The notes under the pieces: generated by a model
What the model saw: the letters and a program-made list of their open reading frames with translations, nothing else
Databases searched by the model: none
What the model was told of the DNA's origin: nothing
From: Felis catus
Taxonomy: Eukaryota
DNA length: 64,000 nucleotides
NCBI RefSeq assembly: GCF_018350175.1
Contig: NC_058368.1
Coordinates: forward strand, 131,380,001-131,444,000
Direction: 5' to 3'
Shown: one piece after another, positions 51,866-64,000 of the stretch
How positions within the stretch are numbered: the first letter of the stretch is position 1
Layout: each line of letters begins with the position of its first letter
Program-made: the position numbers and the translations under genes

Positions 51866-52070
51866 ATTGTATGAAAACTATAGGAAAAACTTCTAGAGAA
51901 AAAAAATTGTAATTCAATGCACAGTATTCAACTTCGTGCGTTGCAATATAAAGAAGTGGTTCGGAGTTGGAGTTTGTAGGCTAAACAGAGCTGTGGCTGA
52001 CATAAGTCTTCTTAACCTTAGCCTTAGTCAGTCACTCTGAGCCTCAGTTTCCTAATCTCTGCAGTGGGGA

Positions 52071-52466
52071 TTATCTCAGTCTGCCTGGGTTGCAGTAACA
52101 AAATACCATACATAGACTTGGTAGTTTGAACAGCAGACATTGCTTTCTCACAGTTTGGGTGGCTAGGAAGTCCTAGATCAAAGTGCCAGCAGATTTGATT
52201 CCTGGTGAATTCCCCCTTCCTTGGTTGTAGACAGTCACCTTCTTGCTGTGTGTCGACATGGTGTTTGATTGGTGCTTCTGCATAGAGAGATAAATTCTGT
52301 CTCACTCTTCCTCTTCTTATAGGGATACTAAGCCCATCATGAGAAGTTCCCACCCTCATGATGTCACCTAAACTTCTCAAAGGCCCCATCTCCAAATGTT
52401 ATCATATTGAGGGTTAAAGCTTCAACATATGAATACTGGGGGGACACTACCATTCAGACCATAACA
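52071..52466 (-). mobile_element. MaLR LTR (MLT1A-like) inserted into a MIR
   Basis: taacaaaatacca...tttctcacagttt...gatcaaagtgccagcagattt...ccattcagaccataaca; MIR halves at ~52010-52070 and ~52470-52575. Confidence 0.88.
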
Positions 52467-52592
52467 CGGAAGATAATCATTGTTTTGAGCATTAAGTACG
52501 GTATTATATGTATATAAAAGCACTAAGCACTATGCCTAGCACATAGTAAATACAAAATGAATGTTATCATTCCATAACAGCTGATATAGTTG

Positions 52593-52593
<1 letters not shown>

Positions 52594-52637
<44 letters not shown>
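52594..52637. repeat. (ATT)n microsatellite
   Basis: Read directly. Confidence 0.97.
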
Positions 52638-53339
52638 TTACTTAGAGGTAAATTTGACTTTTTTCTTGAATTTTTAAAACACCATGGATTGACAGTCAGT
52701 TTAATTAATAAACCTTTGGAGAGAGGTGGGAAGATTTTCAAATTAAAGACCTGTGTGTATCTGGATAAAATTACATATGAATTTCAGAAATGTTAAAATG
52801 CCAAGAGAAACCAAATCACAATAAAAGATATACATAGTCACAGTCACACATAGATCCTGTAAATCATTGCCTGCCCCAGCTTTGCCAAACTCATTCTCAC
52901 ATGTCGTCTGAACCAATCTTACCTACTTGTTAATTTAGGAGGTACCACAGGATAGGTCAGAAATCGTCCTGCTACCAAGTATGGCCTGTGGCCTTCCTTG
53001 TTTCTAGTCATGTTTCAGCTTGGACTGGAGCTCTGATTCACTTAGCTGGTGCTGAAATAACTTCGTGGCTCTCTTTTCTCCCTTCCTTCTGGCTGTCAGA
53101 TGCTTTCACCTTGTCCCTACCTTGTCTAGAGGCTTACCTCAAATATGTGAAATCTCTGAAATGCCACAACTGCCTTTTTTTTTTATCAGAAATGCCTTTT
53201 ATTTAGAAAGTAGAAATTTGAAAAGTTGAGATATAAGGGACTTATTATAATCCTGAATGGTGGAAAATTTCATAAGATAATAATCTATTAATATATTTTC
53301 TAGTTCCCAGAAAGCAGGATACGTGTCCTCTATTTTTTT

Positions 53340-53542
53340 TAATTTTTTTTAATGTTACTTATTTTTGAGAGAGACAGAGTGCGAGCAGGGGAGGGAGGGG
53401 CAGAGAGAGAAGACGACACAGAATCCAAAGCAGGCTCTGAGCTGATAGGTCAGAGCCTGATATGGGCTTGAACTCGCAAACCACGAGATCATGACCTTAG
53501 CTGAAGTCGGATGCTTAACTGTCTGAGCCACCCAGGCGCCAC
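53340..53542 (-). mobile_element. Can-SINE
   Basis: Head at 53542; degenerate TSD ctatttttt. Confidence 0.95.
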
Positions 53543-55478
53543 CTGTCTACTATTTTTTGAAGGGTCCATCTGATTTAAAAATAATTATAACATTTTATTT
53601 ACATTTCACTGATTCGTGTAATGTCTTTCTAATGCTACTTTCTATTAAAACGAGATAACTTCTTTTCACCTGGATAGTAAAGATGTAAATAATGAGAGTA
53701 GTAAGTGCATTATTCATTCTGTACACAGTCAACAATTACAGAAATGTTTCATATCCATATAAAATAGAATGATAGATATTTCCAGATGAGAAGTCTGATT
53801 GCACACATCACAAAACAAGTGCAGAGCCAGAAACCAAGATGGAAACACCCAAAAAAAGAAACAGCTCATGTTCATAAAAATGTTTAAATATTAAAATATA
53901 TTTGAAAATCATCTTGGCTAACCATGGCTTTAAAATGTTGAACTGGCTTCAGAAACATAATTTTATATGAAATAAGATTCGGAGACACTAATAGATGATT
54001 AAATCTTAAAATACCAGAATGCAAATACTGCTTAAATGTTACTTAGTTCTTATCCCACATTTTGCAAATGAAGACATTTGTGAAGTAGGTATAAATTTTA
54101 TAGTACTTTCTAGAAACTATAGGAAAATTTAATTTTGAATATGTTTAAATTATAATTATTGCTCCATGATATTTACACTAAAAAGCTAAATTACCAGCCA
54201 CACTATTGAGTACATGAATATGATTTTTAAATCATAATACAAAAAGTTCTTTGTTGGTAGAGATTGTTTTTTGAAGTAGACATACAGTGTTTCATTGGTT
54301 TTAGGTGTACAACACAGTAATTCCACAACTCTGTACATTATGCTGTGTTTACCACAGATGTAACAGGGTAACTTCTGTCCCCCTACAATGCTATTACAGT
54401 ACCATTGACTGCATTTCCTGTGCTGTACTTTTCATCCCTGTGACTTACTAATTCCATAACTGGAAGCCTGTACCTCCCACTTGACTTCACCCATTTTACC
54501 CACCCCCAAATCCACTTCCCCTCTGGCAACTCTCAGTTTGTATTCTGTAGATATGGGTCTGTGTCTGCCTTTTTTGTGTGTTTGCTTATTTTTTAGATTC
54601 CACATGTTAAGTGAAATTATTTGGAATTTATTGTCTCAAATGGCAAGATCCCTTTCTTGTTTCTTGCTGAGTTATACTGTGTTGTATACAATGTATATAT
54701 TATATGCTACGTCTTCTTTATCCGTCCATCTATCGATGGACATTTAGATTGCTTCCATATCTTGGCTCTTGTAAATAATGCAGCAGTAAACATAGGTTGC
54801 ATCTATCTTTTTATTTTCTTGGGTAAATACCTAATGGTGGAATTACTATCATGCATTATTTCTATTTTTAATTTTTTAAGGAACATCCATCCTTTTCCAC
54901 AGTGGCTGTATCAGTTTACGTTCCTGCCAAAGTGCACAGGGTTCCTTTTTCTCCACATCCTCACCGACACTTATTTCCTTTTGTTTCTAGATTCTAGTCA
55001 TTCCAAGTGCTGTGAGTATCTCATTGTGGTTGTGATTTGCATTTCTTTGATGATTACTGATGTTGAGCTTCTTTTCATATGTCTGTTGGCAATGTGTATA
55101 TCCTCTTTGGAAGAATGTCTGTTCAGGTCCTCTTGTCCATTTGTAATCTGATTATTTTGTTTTTATTGTTGAATTATGTAAGTTCTTTATATATTTTAGC
55201 TACTGACCCCTTATCAGATACATCATTTATAAATATCTTCTCCCATTTAGTAAGTTGCCTTTTCATTATGTGGGTGGTTTCCTTGACTGCACAAATGCTT
55301 TTTTTTTTAATATTGTTATAGTCCCAATAGTTTATTTTTTATTTATTTCCCTTGCCTCAGGAGGCATATGTAGAAAACTGTTGATAAAGCCAATGTATAA
55401 GAGATTACTACATATGTTTTCTTCTAAGGGTTTTACATTACATATCTTACATTTAGGTATTTAATGAATTTTGAGGGC

Positions 55479-55500
55479 TTTTTTAAGTTTATTTATTTAT

Positions 55501-55559
<59 letters not shown>

Positions 55560-55716
55560 CACAAGCAGGGGAGGGGCGGAGAGAGAGAATCCAAAGTAGG
55601 CTCTGTGTTGTCATCTCAGAGCCTGATGCAGGGTTTCAACTCAGGAACCAGGAGACCATGACCTGAGCTGAAATCAAGAGTCAGATGCTTAACTGACTGA
55701 GCCACCCAGGCACTCC
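55479..55716 (-). mobile_element. Can-SINE nested in L1, long (GA)n
   Basis: Flanking attttgag duplication. Confidence 0.95.
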
Positions 55717-56050
55717 AGATTTTGAGTTTATTTTTGTGTATGGTGTAAGAAACTGGCCCAGTTTCATTCTTTTGTGTCTAGCTGTCCAGTTTTCCCATTA
55801 CCACTTATTGAAGAGATTATCTTTTCCCACTCTTGCCTCCCTTGTCATAAATTAATTGACCATATAAGCATGAGCTTATTTCTGGGCTCTCTATTTTGTT
55901 CCAGTGATCTACCTGTCTGTTTTTTGTGCCAGTACCATTCTGATTTGACTGTTATAGCTTTGTAGTACATCTTGAAATCTGAGATTGTGATACCTCCAGC
56001 TTTGTTCTTGTTCAAGATTAGTTTAGCTATTTGGGGTCTTTTGTGGTTTC

Positions 56051-56286
56051 TTTTTTTTTTTTTAATTTTAATTTTTTTTTTCAACGTTTTTATTTATTTT
56101 TGGGACAGAGAGAGACAGAGCATGAACGGGGGAGGGGCAGAGAGAGAGGGAGACACAGAATCGGAAACAGGCTCCAGGCTCTGAGCCATCAGCCCAGAGC
56201 CTGACGCGGGGCTCGAACTCACGTACCGCGAGATCGTGACCTGGCTGAAGTCGGACGCTTAACCGACTGTGCCACCCAGGCGCCCC
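56051..56286 (-). mobile_element. Can-SINE (young SINEC_Fc) nested in L1
   Basis: Long T tail, CpGs intact; tgtgg(t/c)ttc flanks. Confidence 0.97.
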
Positions 56287-56341
56287 ATGTGGCTTCATAC
56301 TAACATTAGGATTATTCTATCTGTGAAAAAATGCTGTTGAT

Positions 56342-56433
56342 CTTTTTTTTTTTCATTTTCAAATTTTTACTTAAATTCTAGTTAGTTAACATACAGTGTA
56401 ATATTGCTTCCATGAGTAGAAATCAGTGATTCA
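56342..56433 (-). mobile_element. Short L1 3' stub nested in L1
   Basis: T tail + aattctagttagttaacatacagtgtaatatt; tgttgat on both sides. Confidence 0.8.
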
Positions 56434-56595
56434 TGTTGATATTCTTCTCATCTATGATCATGGTAGGTCTTTCCATCATCTTCAGTTTCTTTTGTTACTG
56501 TTTTACAGTTGTCAGAGTACTAGTCTTTCACCTCCTTGGTTACATTTATTGCTAAGTATTTTCTTCTCTTTGGCACAATTTTAACTGATATTGTT

Positions 56596-56812
56596 GAGGG
56601 TGCCTGGGTGGCTCAGTCAGTTAGGCATACGACTTCAGCTCAGGTCATGATCTCATGGTTCGTGAGTTTGAGTCCCATGTTGGGCTCTGTGCTGACAGCT
56701 CAGAGCATGGAGCTGCTTCAGATTCTGTGTCTCCCTCTCTCTCTGCCCCTTCCCTGCTCGCACTTTGTCTCTCTCTCAAAAATAAATAAACTTTTAAATT
56801 ATTAAATGAAAA
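56596..56812 (+). mobile_element. Can-SINE nested in L1
   Basis: Head, CT tract, aaataaataaac tail. Confidence 0.95.
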
Positions 56813-59192
56813 AGTAAGTTAAATTGTTTTTTTTAGTTTCTTTTTCTGTTACTTTTTTGTTAGTGTTAGAACTGCAACCAATTTCTCTATATTGATTTTG
56901 TATCCTACAACTTTATTCAGTTCAGTAGTACTTCTCTAGCTTTTTGGTGGGGATCTTGAGGACTTTATACATAGTCTCATGACCTGCAAATACTGAGAGG
57001 GTTACTTCTTTATGGCCAATTTATAGGCCTTCTATTTATTTTTCTTATCTGCTTCTTATGGCTAGGTCTTCCAATACCATGTTGAATAAAAGTGGTGAAT
57101 GTAGACAATTTTGTTTTGCTCTGGATCTCAGAGGAAAAGTTCTCAGTTTTTATCAATGAATATATTAGCTGTGGGTTTGTCATCTATGGACTTTATTATG
57201 TTGAGGTATGTTCCTCTAAACCCACTTTGTTGATACTTATTTTTTTTTCACAAAGGGAATGTTGAATTTTGTTGAATGCTTTTTATGCGTCTACTGAAAT
57301 GATCATACGATTTTTACTTCTTGTTTTTTTGATGTGGTGTATCATGCTGATTGATTTGCACATATTGTGCCATCCTTGTATCCCTGGAATAAATCCAACT
57401 TGATTATGGTGAATGATCCTTTCAGTGTGTTGTTGAATGTAGTTTGTTAATATTTTTTGAAGATATATGCATCTGTATTTATTATGGATATTGGCCTGTA
57501 GGTTTTTGTTTTTTCTTGTAGTGTCTTTGTCTGGTTTTGGTACAAGAGTAATGCTAGTATTGTAGAATGCATTTGGAAGTTTCCCTTCCTCATCTAGTTT
57601 TTGGAATACATTGAGAAGAATAGGTATTCTTCTTTAAGTGTTCGGTAGAATTCACCATTGTGGGTCTGGACTTGGTTTGTTGGAAGTGTTCTGATTACTG
57701 ATTCAGTATTGTTATTAGTAATTGGTCTATTCAGATTTTATTTGTCTTCCTAATTCAGTTTCAAAAGATTGTATGTTTCTAGGAAATTATTGATTTCTTC
57801 TGGGTTGTCCAGTTTGTCAGTATATAATTGTTCCTAGTTGTCTCATAATCCTTTGTATTTCTGTAAGTGTTAGTTGCTACTTCTCTTTAACTTCTGTTTT
57901 ACCTATTTTGGTCCTCTCTTTTTCCTGATGACTCAGGCTCAAGGTTTATCAATTTTCTTTATCTTTTCGAAGAACCAGGTCCTGGTTTTCTTGGTCTGTT
58001 CTATTGTTTTTTTATCTCTAATTTATTTATTTCTGCTCTCATCTGTATTATTTTCTTCCTTCTACTAGCTTTGGGCTTTGTTCTTGTTTTTCTAGCTCCT
58101 TTAGGTATAAGTTTAAGTTGTTTATTTGATATTTTTCTTGTTGCTTGGGATAAGCCTGTATTGCTCTAATCTTCCTTCTTAATACAGCTTTTGCTGCATC
58201 CCAGAGATTTTGGGCTGTTGTGTTCTCATTTTCATTTGTCTCCATGTTTTTGTTTTTTTTTTTAATTTCCTCTTTGATTCCTTGGTTGACCTGTTTGTTA
58301 TTTAGTAGCATGTTTTTAGCCTGCATGTATTGATGTTCTATCCTGTTTTTTTTTCCCTATAATTGATGTCTAGTTTTATACCGTCATGGTCAGAAAAGAT
58401 GCATGATATGATTTTAGTCTTTCTGAATTTATTGATACTTGTTTTGTGATCTAACATGGGGTCTATTCTAGATAACGTTCCATGTGCAGTTGAAAAGAAT
58501 GTATATTCTACTTTTTTGGATGGAATGCTCTAAATATATATTTTAAGCTTTTCTGTTGCCTTAAAGCCATTGTGACTGATTTTCTGTCTGTATGATCTAT
58601 CCATTGATGTAAGTGGGGTGTTAAAGTTTCCTACCATTATTAACTACCTTTGTTAATAGTTACTTTATGTATTTAGGTGCACTTATGTTGGGTACATAGA
58701 TATGTACACTTGTTACATCATTGTGTTGCATCCATCCCTTTATCATTATGTAATGCCCTTTTTTTACTCTTCTTACAGTCTTTGTTGTAGTGTATTTTGT
58801 CTAATAGAATTATTGCTCTCCCAGCTATTGGTTTTGGATTTTTGGTTTTTTGTTGTTTTTTTGTTTGTTTGTTTGCTTGTGTGTTTGGCTTTGGCTTTGG
58901 TTTGCATGATGAACGTTTTCCATCCCTTCACTTTCAGTCTATTTGCAACTTTAGGTCTGAAGTGAGTCTGTTGTGGGCAGCATATAAATTTTTTTTTTAT
59001 TCATTTCATCTACTGGTACAACTTTCCATGGAGATAAAGGCTGGACCAAGCTGTTGACCTCATATCTTTTAATGATGAATCTCAGACTGTTCTGATTGCC
59101 AGGAGCAGGAATTTACTTAGAAACTAAAGTATCAAGAACAAGCAAAGCTGGGTTAGAGATGTTTTTGTCCTCAACCCTGCTGGACAGAAATG

Positions 59193-59194
<2 letters not shown>

Positions 59195-59244
<50 letters not shown>
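59195..59244. repeat. (GT)25 microsatellite
   Basis: Read directly. Confidence 0.97.
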
Positions 59245-59247
<3 letters not shown>

Positions 59248-60171
59248 CTTCCATAAAAACATTATAATAACATGCTATACTAATACAAATATTTTTAGAT
59301 CACCAAACCTTTTTAGGTATTATATATAATGTTATAATACCTATGAGCACATTGAGAAGCAGATTAGGGAAAAAAAACTATTACTTATTTATACAAACAG
59401 AAGATGAAACTTAAGTAGTTAGCCTATTATTTTCTAAAGTCATTGATAAAGTGTTACATTTGGTGTGTGCATTGGGAGATGCTTTCATTTAGATAGCATC
59501 TTCTGGGAAGGACTCTGGGAAGTAATATGTGAATAAAGAAATAAGAGAAGAACACCAGCCATTCACAGAGACAAGAGAAGAGAGCACTTGAGGAAGAGCA
59601 AATAGCAAGCATGAGATTACGTGAAACAGTTAAAAAGAGAAAGGCAACTGCTCTAAATAGCTAATAACTGGAGCTTATGTAAGCAAAACATAGAGTTGCA
59701 TTACTTACAGCCTTTCAATATATTGTTTATTGTGAGATTTAGTATTACGGGAATTTTTAATCTATCATAGCACATGAGAATGTACAATCATAATTTTAAT
59801 ACCATATAATTAGAAATATTATTTTAAATTAAAAGAAAAATATAAAAGCATACGTAATATCAGAATTTTATTTGAGAAGTGGAGTCATCGGTGATTTATT
59901 GCTGATCTACTTGCCATTATTTTACACATTTTCTGCATGTTATTTTCCAACTTCTTTTCAAAGAAAGTTCTCAAACATCTTTCATCAAAAACAGCATTAT
60001 CCTGAATATTGAAATTCAGTTAAATATTGGTGTGTCATGAATATAATTTCTGAAAAGTGACTATATTAGAAAGGTTAAGTATCATATTGCTACCAAAGAA
60101 TCATCCCTTGCATATTTTGTAAAAACTTCTAATATTAAACATACTCATACTGGTTTTATAAATACATTTAA

Positions 60172-60349
60172 GGGGCACCTGGATGGCTCAGTTGGTTAAG
60201 CATCCAACTCTTGATTTCAGCTGAGGTCATGATCTCACAGGTTCATGAGATCAAGCCCCACTTGGGATTCTCTCTCTCCATCTCTTTCTGCTCCACTCAT
60301 GCTCTCTGTCCCTCTGTCTCTCAAAAATAAAGAAATAAACATTTAAAAA
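60172..60349 (+). mobile_element. Can-SINE with internal deletion
   Basis: TSD ataaatacatttaa. Confidence 0.95.
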
Positions 60350-60866
60350 ATAAATACATTTAAGAAAATAAGATGGTAGCTATATGTGCATCATGTATGC
60401 ATCTCCATACTTCACTCCACCTGGAGGTGTTAAGTGGAGAGAGTTCCAAAATTTGTAGACCTCTCATAACCACCTGCCAACAGTTTCAAAATTGTTTTGT
60501 TTGTTTATTCCTAACCAGTGACATTTTTTAAAATTTTGTGTTTCAGACAAAAAAGTAAAAATAGTTTGGGACATACATTGCCACATTGAATTTGGATCTT
60601 TTTACCATTTAATCTCATTTTTATATTTTCTATAGGAAGCATATATTGCTTTTATGTTTGTTTTTGAATGATTAATGTAAATACTGCCTTAGTTCATTTT
60701 TTAACTTAAAAAAATTAAAACATTTTATAAAAACCATAAAAAGCTAAAGACATTTTAGCCAGTACTCCCAGTCTAAATCATTTTCCATTACCCACAGAAG
60801 GGATCATCCTTAGGAGTTTCTCTTATAAACTTGACCTTGGCCTTTTAAAGAAAAAATATATATATT

Positions 60867-60868
<2 letters not shown>

Positions 60869-60906
<38 letters not shown>

Positions 60907-61050
60907 CACACACACACAGATATGCACATCATACTTATACATGTGTGTATGTACATATATAGAGTAATAACATATATAGACATATATATCTAGAAAGATA
61001 AATGTCTAGAAATATATATAGAAAGATACATATCTAGAAATATATATCCA
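60869..61050. repeat. (TG)17-TATA-(CA)6 plus short tatctagaaa repeats
   Basis: Read directly. Confidence 0.9.
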
Positions 61051-61174
61051 TATAAAATATGTGGCATTGTTCTGCCTGTGTTATTTCTGTAAAAGTGGTA
61101 TTATGCTGTATTAAATTGTGCCACATTAGTTTGTTCCTGTTGAATCATATTCCGTTTCCACATTTTTGTTTGTA

Positions 61175-61590
61175 ATTTTTCTTCTGATACGAATTTTATA
61201 TACAGTAAAATATACAAATCTTAGATGTTCATTTACTATTTTAACAGATGCACACACCTGTGTTTACAATCTGCACTAAGATGTAGGATATTACATCATT
61301 CTGAAACGCTTCCTTGTTCCCCTTCCCCACTAATTTCTCTCTTATGTGCCAGAGGCAAGTAGTATTTCGATTTTTTTCAATCATAGTGTAATTACACTTA
61401 TTCTAGAATTGTACAAAAATAGAATTATGTGCTGTGCACTCTTTGATGTAAGGCTTTTTTTATTAGACAGTATTCTAATAAACATGAACAGTTTTATTCA
61501 TGATGTTTTATATATAGGTAATTTATTTCTTTTTATTGCTGAATGGTATTCCATTTTAGTATATGAATATCCTAACGTACATTTACTTGT
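61175..61590 (-). mobile_element. Old L1M 3' end fragment
   Basis: atatacagtaaaatatacaaatcttag...ttatttctttttattgctgaatggtattccatt. Confidence 0.75.
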
Positions 61591-62025
61591 GCCACCAACG
61601 ACTCCAGCAAGAAGATTAATAGCATTTTCTCATGGGGCTTTTCTATTGTCACTGAAGCATCAGATGCAGTGAAGCCCACTTGGTTCTTATGTGTGAACCT
61701 GGAAGTGAGAGGGTGTTAATGCCCACTGGGGCACATTTTGGATCAATAGGAGATGGGAACCAGCAGATAGATTTTTCTCCCTTCATCCTTCAGCAGACTA
61801 TAGATCACACTATATGTAGTTGGGACACTGTATGTAGTTCAGAGCCCTCTCCTAAGACCGTACTCAATACTAGTTCAAGGCCTACTCAGAAATCTGTCCT
61901 CTGATATTTTTTCTTCCTCTTTATCTTATTTGCTCTCTTTTTCTCTCACAACTGCAGTCTCTAATAAAGTAATAGAAAATAAACTTCTGCCATAGTTTGG
62001 ATTCTGGATAATCCCAGTTAATGCA
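61590..62025 (+). mobile_element. Probable old ERVL-type LTR
   Basis: LTR-like end ctctaataaagtaat...aaacttctgcc...tctggataatcccagttaa. Confidence 0.45.
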
Positions 62026-63639
62026 TCCTGTATGTAGAGGTTGATGTTATTTTTAATCTTTTTCCTTGTGTTGACCTGAAGTGTTTCTCTGGTGTCTTTC
62101 TAGTATGGCAAGTACATTTTCTCTTTTACCAATCTTCCTATTCTCTCACTTAAGTCATATTTACTGACCATCTTCTACATGCCAAGCCTTCTTCTAAGTA
62201 ATGGAATACAGTGGTTAAACATAATGTTCTTGATTCCTTTTTGATGGCCAGAAGTTACATAGAAATGGTTTGAAGGCTATTGATTAGCCATTTCTAGTCA
62301 CCTCTGTTACCTTGCTTCCATTGTTTTGCTCTGACAATAGCAGAAATAATAGTATTTTTAGAAACTTGAATATTGGTATATTTGTAATAATTTTAGATTC
62401 AAAGACCTTTATACCTAATGTGACCACAGGCTATTTTAGATTCCTATGACAAGGACTTGGAAGTGGATAATAGATGTTCTGTAGAGAGAATCTGGAGGAC
62501 ACTTTGGTTCACAGGAAGTGCAATCTCTCAAGTTGGCCGAGTGACATATCAGGATTAGCCCCCTGGTACTCATCCCATACTGTTTCCCTTGAATCACTTA
62601 AACCCCCTTGGAATACATAGTTATGTCTACAAGTGGACAATGGGTGAATTTCCCAATTAAAAATCAGTAAGTTGTTGGCAGAAGATAGGAGTGGATGCTG
62701 GAGAGGTTTCCCCAGAAGTGTCCACTAAACCAGACCATATCAGATCTGAATAGTGTGTAGGTATTAGGGGAAGAACAGAGGTAAAGGGATATGTTAGGCA
62801 GAAGGAACAGGTTATACAAAAGTTCCAAAACCGGTGAGGAATTTGGTATAATTAAGAAAGAGAAAGGATAGGTTTTAGAGGTGTCGTTTAGGGTACTGAG
62901 TCAGTTCTTCCCTCAAGCTAGATGTTCTTCTAGATTTTTCAACTACTGATACCAGCAGATTTCATTTTAATTTTTGAGACACTTTGAATTGGGTTTTCTT
63001 TCAGTTGTAACAAAAAGGTTTCTTACAAGATCTTGACTTAAATGCCGCTGTCTCAAAGAAGCCTTTCTGTACCCCAGACTAATTTGAGTTCCTCTGTTTT
63101 ATGCTTTCTTAGCAACCTTTTATTCTCTTCCACAAGACCAAAAGCTCCATACTATATCCTCAGAGCCTGGGAAAGCGACTGGTACATAGTAGGTGCTCAA
63201 TAAATATTTGTTGATTGAACACAGAGATAAAAACCTGAATGAGGAAGTAGCAACAAAAATAAAAGGAATCATGGCTAAGGAAGTACAGGGGAACATTGAA
63301 ACAGTTGAAGAGCTAAACTTGGCAAGGATTAGATGTGGGAGGTGAGGAGAAGGAATCAGATCTGGGGGAGAAGTGAATTCAAGTTAGAATATATTAAGAT
63401 TGGAGTCCTAGTATGGTGATTTACAAAAGGCAGTTATAAATTTGTATTTGGAGATTAGAAGAAGGATAATAAGATTAAACCAAGATTTTGGTGGCATCAG
63501 CATGAAGGGAATAGATACCGAGGACAGTAAGAAAGGGTAAGCACACCTAGGGAAGTAGAAAGTGCAGAAGACAATCTCTGTAAACACCATTACTGAAAGG
63601 ATATTAGACAGAGAAATGCATATATAAGAAGTAAGTAGC

Positions 63640-64000
63640 AATAAACAAAATGTGATATATCCATACAATCAACTGTTATTCCGTTATAGAAAGGAATGAA
63701 GTGCTGATACATACTGTAACAGAGATAATCTTTGAAAACAGTAAGAGAAAGAAGCCAGATACAACAGGCCATGTATGATTTTGTTTATATGAAATGTTCA
63801 GAACAGGCAAATCTGTAGAGACAGAAAGTAGATTTGTTGTTGCCAAGGGTGGGGTGTGGAAGGAGGGAAGAGGGAAATGGGAAGTGACTGACAATGGGAA
63901 TGAGATTTCTTTTTGGAGTGATGGAAATTTTTTAATATTAGATGGTGGTAATAGCTGTACCACCTTATGAATATCCCAAAACCACTGAATTGTATACTTT
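63640..64000 (+). mobile_element. L1MB-type 3' end (runs off window)
   Basis: aaacaaaatgtgatatatccatacaat...caggcaaatctgtagagacagaaagtagatt...aaaaccactgaattgtatacttt. Confidence 0.9.

Larger units (their letters stand above)
54264..59013 (-). mobile_element. Decayed 5'-truncated LINE-1 (most of ORF2 + 3' UTR)
   Basis: Minus-strand peptides NMLLNN...ETNENENTTAQNLWDAAKAVLR (58048-58326) and [18 protein letters not shown]...WYWHK (55845-56084) are L1 ORF2p; many stops and frameshifts. Confidence 0.96.

Noticed and set aside
54621..55151. 176-aa hydrophobic plus-strand ORF
   Set aside because: Antisense reading of L1 ORF2/3'UTR, a well-known artefact.
58048..58326. Active L1 ORF2
   Set aside because: No 5' UTR or ORF1, frame disrupted throughout, nested SINEs.
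1..64000. Naming the host gene or exact species
   Set aside because: No recognisable coding exon; SINE and L1 types support Felidae only.

Overview
Mammalian genomic DNA, almost certainly felid (cat family). It is AT-rich, has no CpG island, and carries about 29 carnivore tRNA-derived SINEs (Can-SINE/SINEC_Fc type, many with clear target-site duplications). Also present are LINE-1 fragments (including a decayed ~4.7 kb ORF2+3'UTR copy at ~54.3-59.0 kb), MaLR/ERV LTRs, old L2, MIR and DNA-transposon fossils, and microsatellites. No protein-coding gene can be identified; the ORF-track entries are SINE, L1 or low-complexity artefacts. Most L1/LTR inserts lie on the minus strand, which suggests a long intron of an unidentified + strand gene. 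A few candidate small exons and regulatory elements are noted at low confidence. The most unusual object is a ~1.73 kb composite at 12,910-14,639: two diverged tandem units of [L1 3' end + ~146-bp satellite made of degenerate TTAGGG hexamers plus a ~40-bp core motif], bounded by a 15/17-bp direct repeat. It looks like a retrotransposed copy of a transcript from a telomere-like satellite/L1 array. Repeat family names are from recalled consensus similarity, not from a search, and old-element boundaries are approximate.
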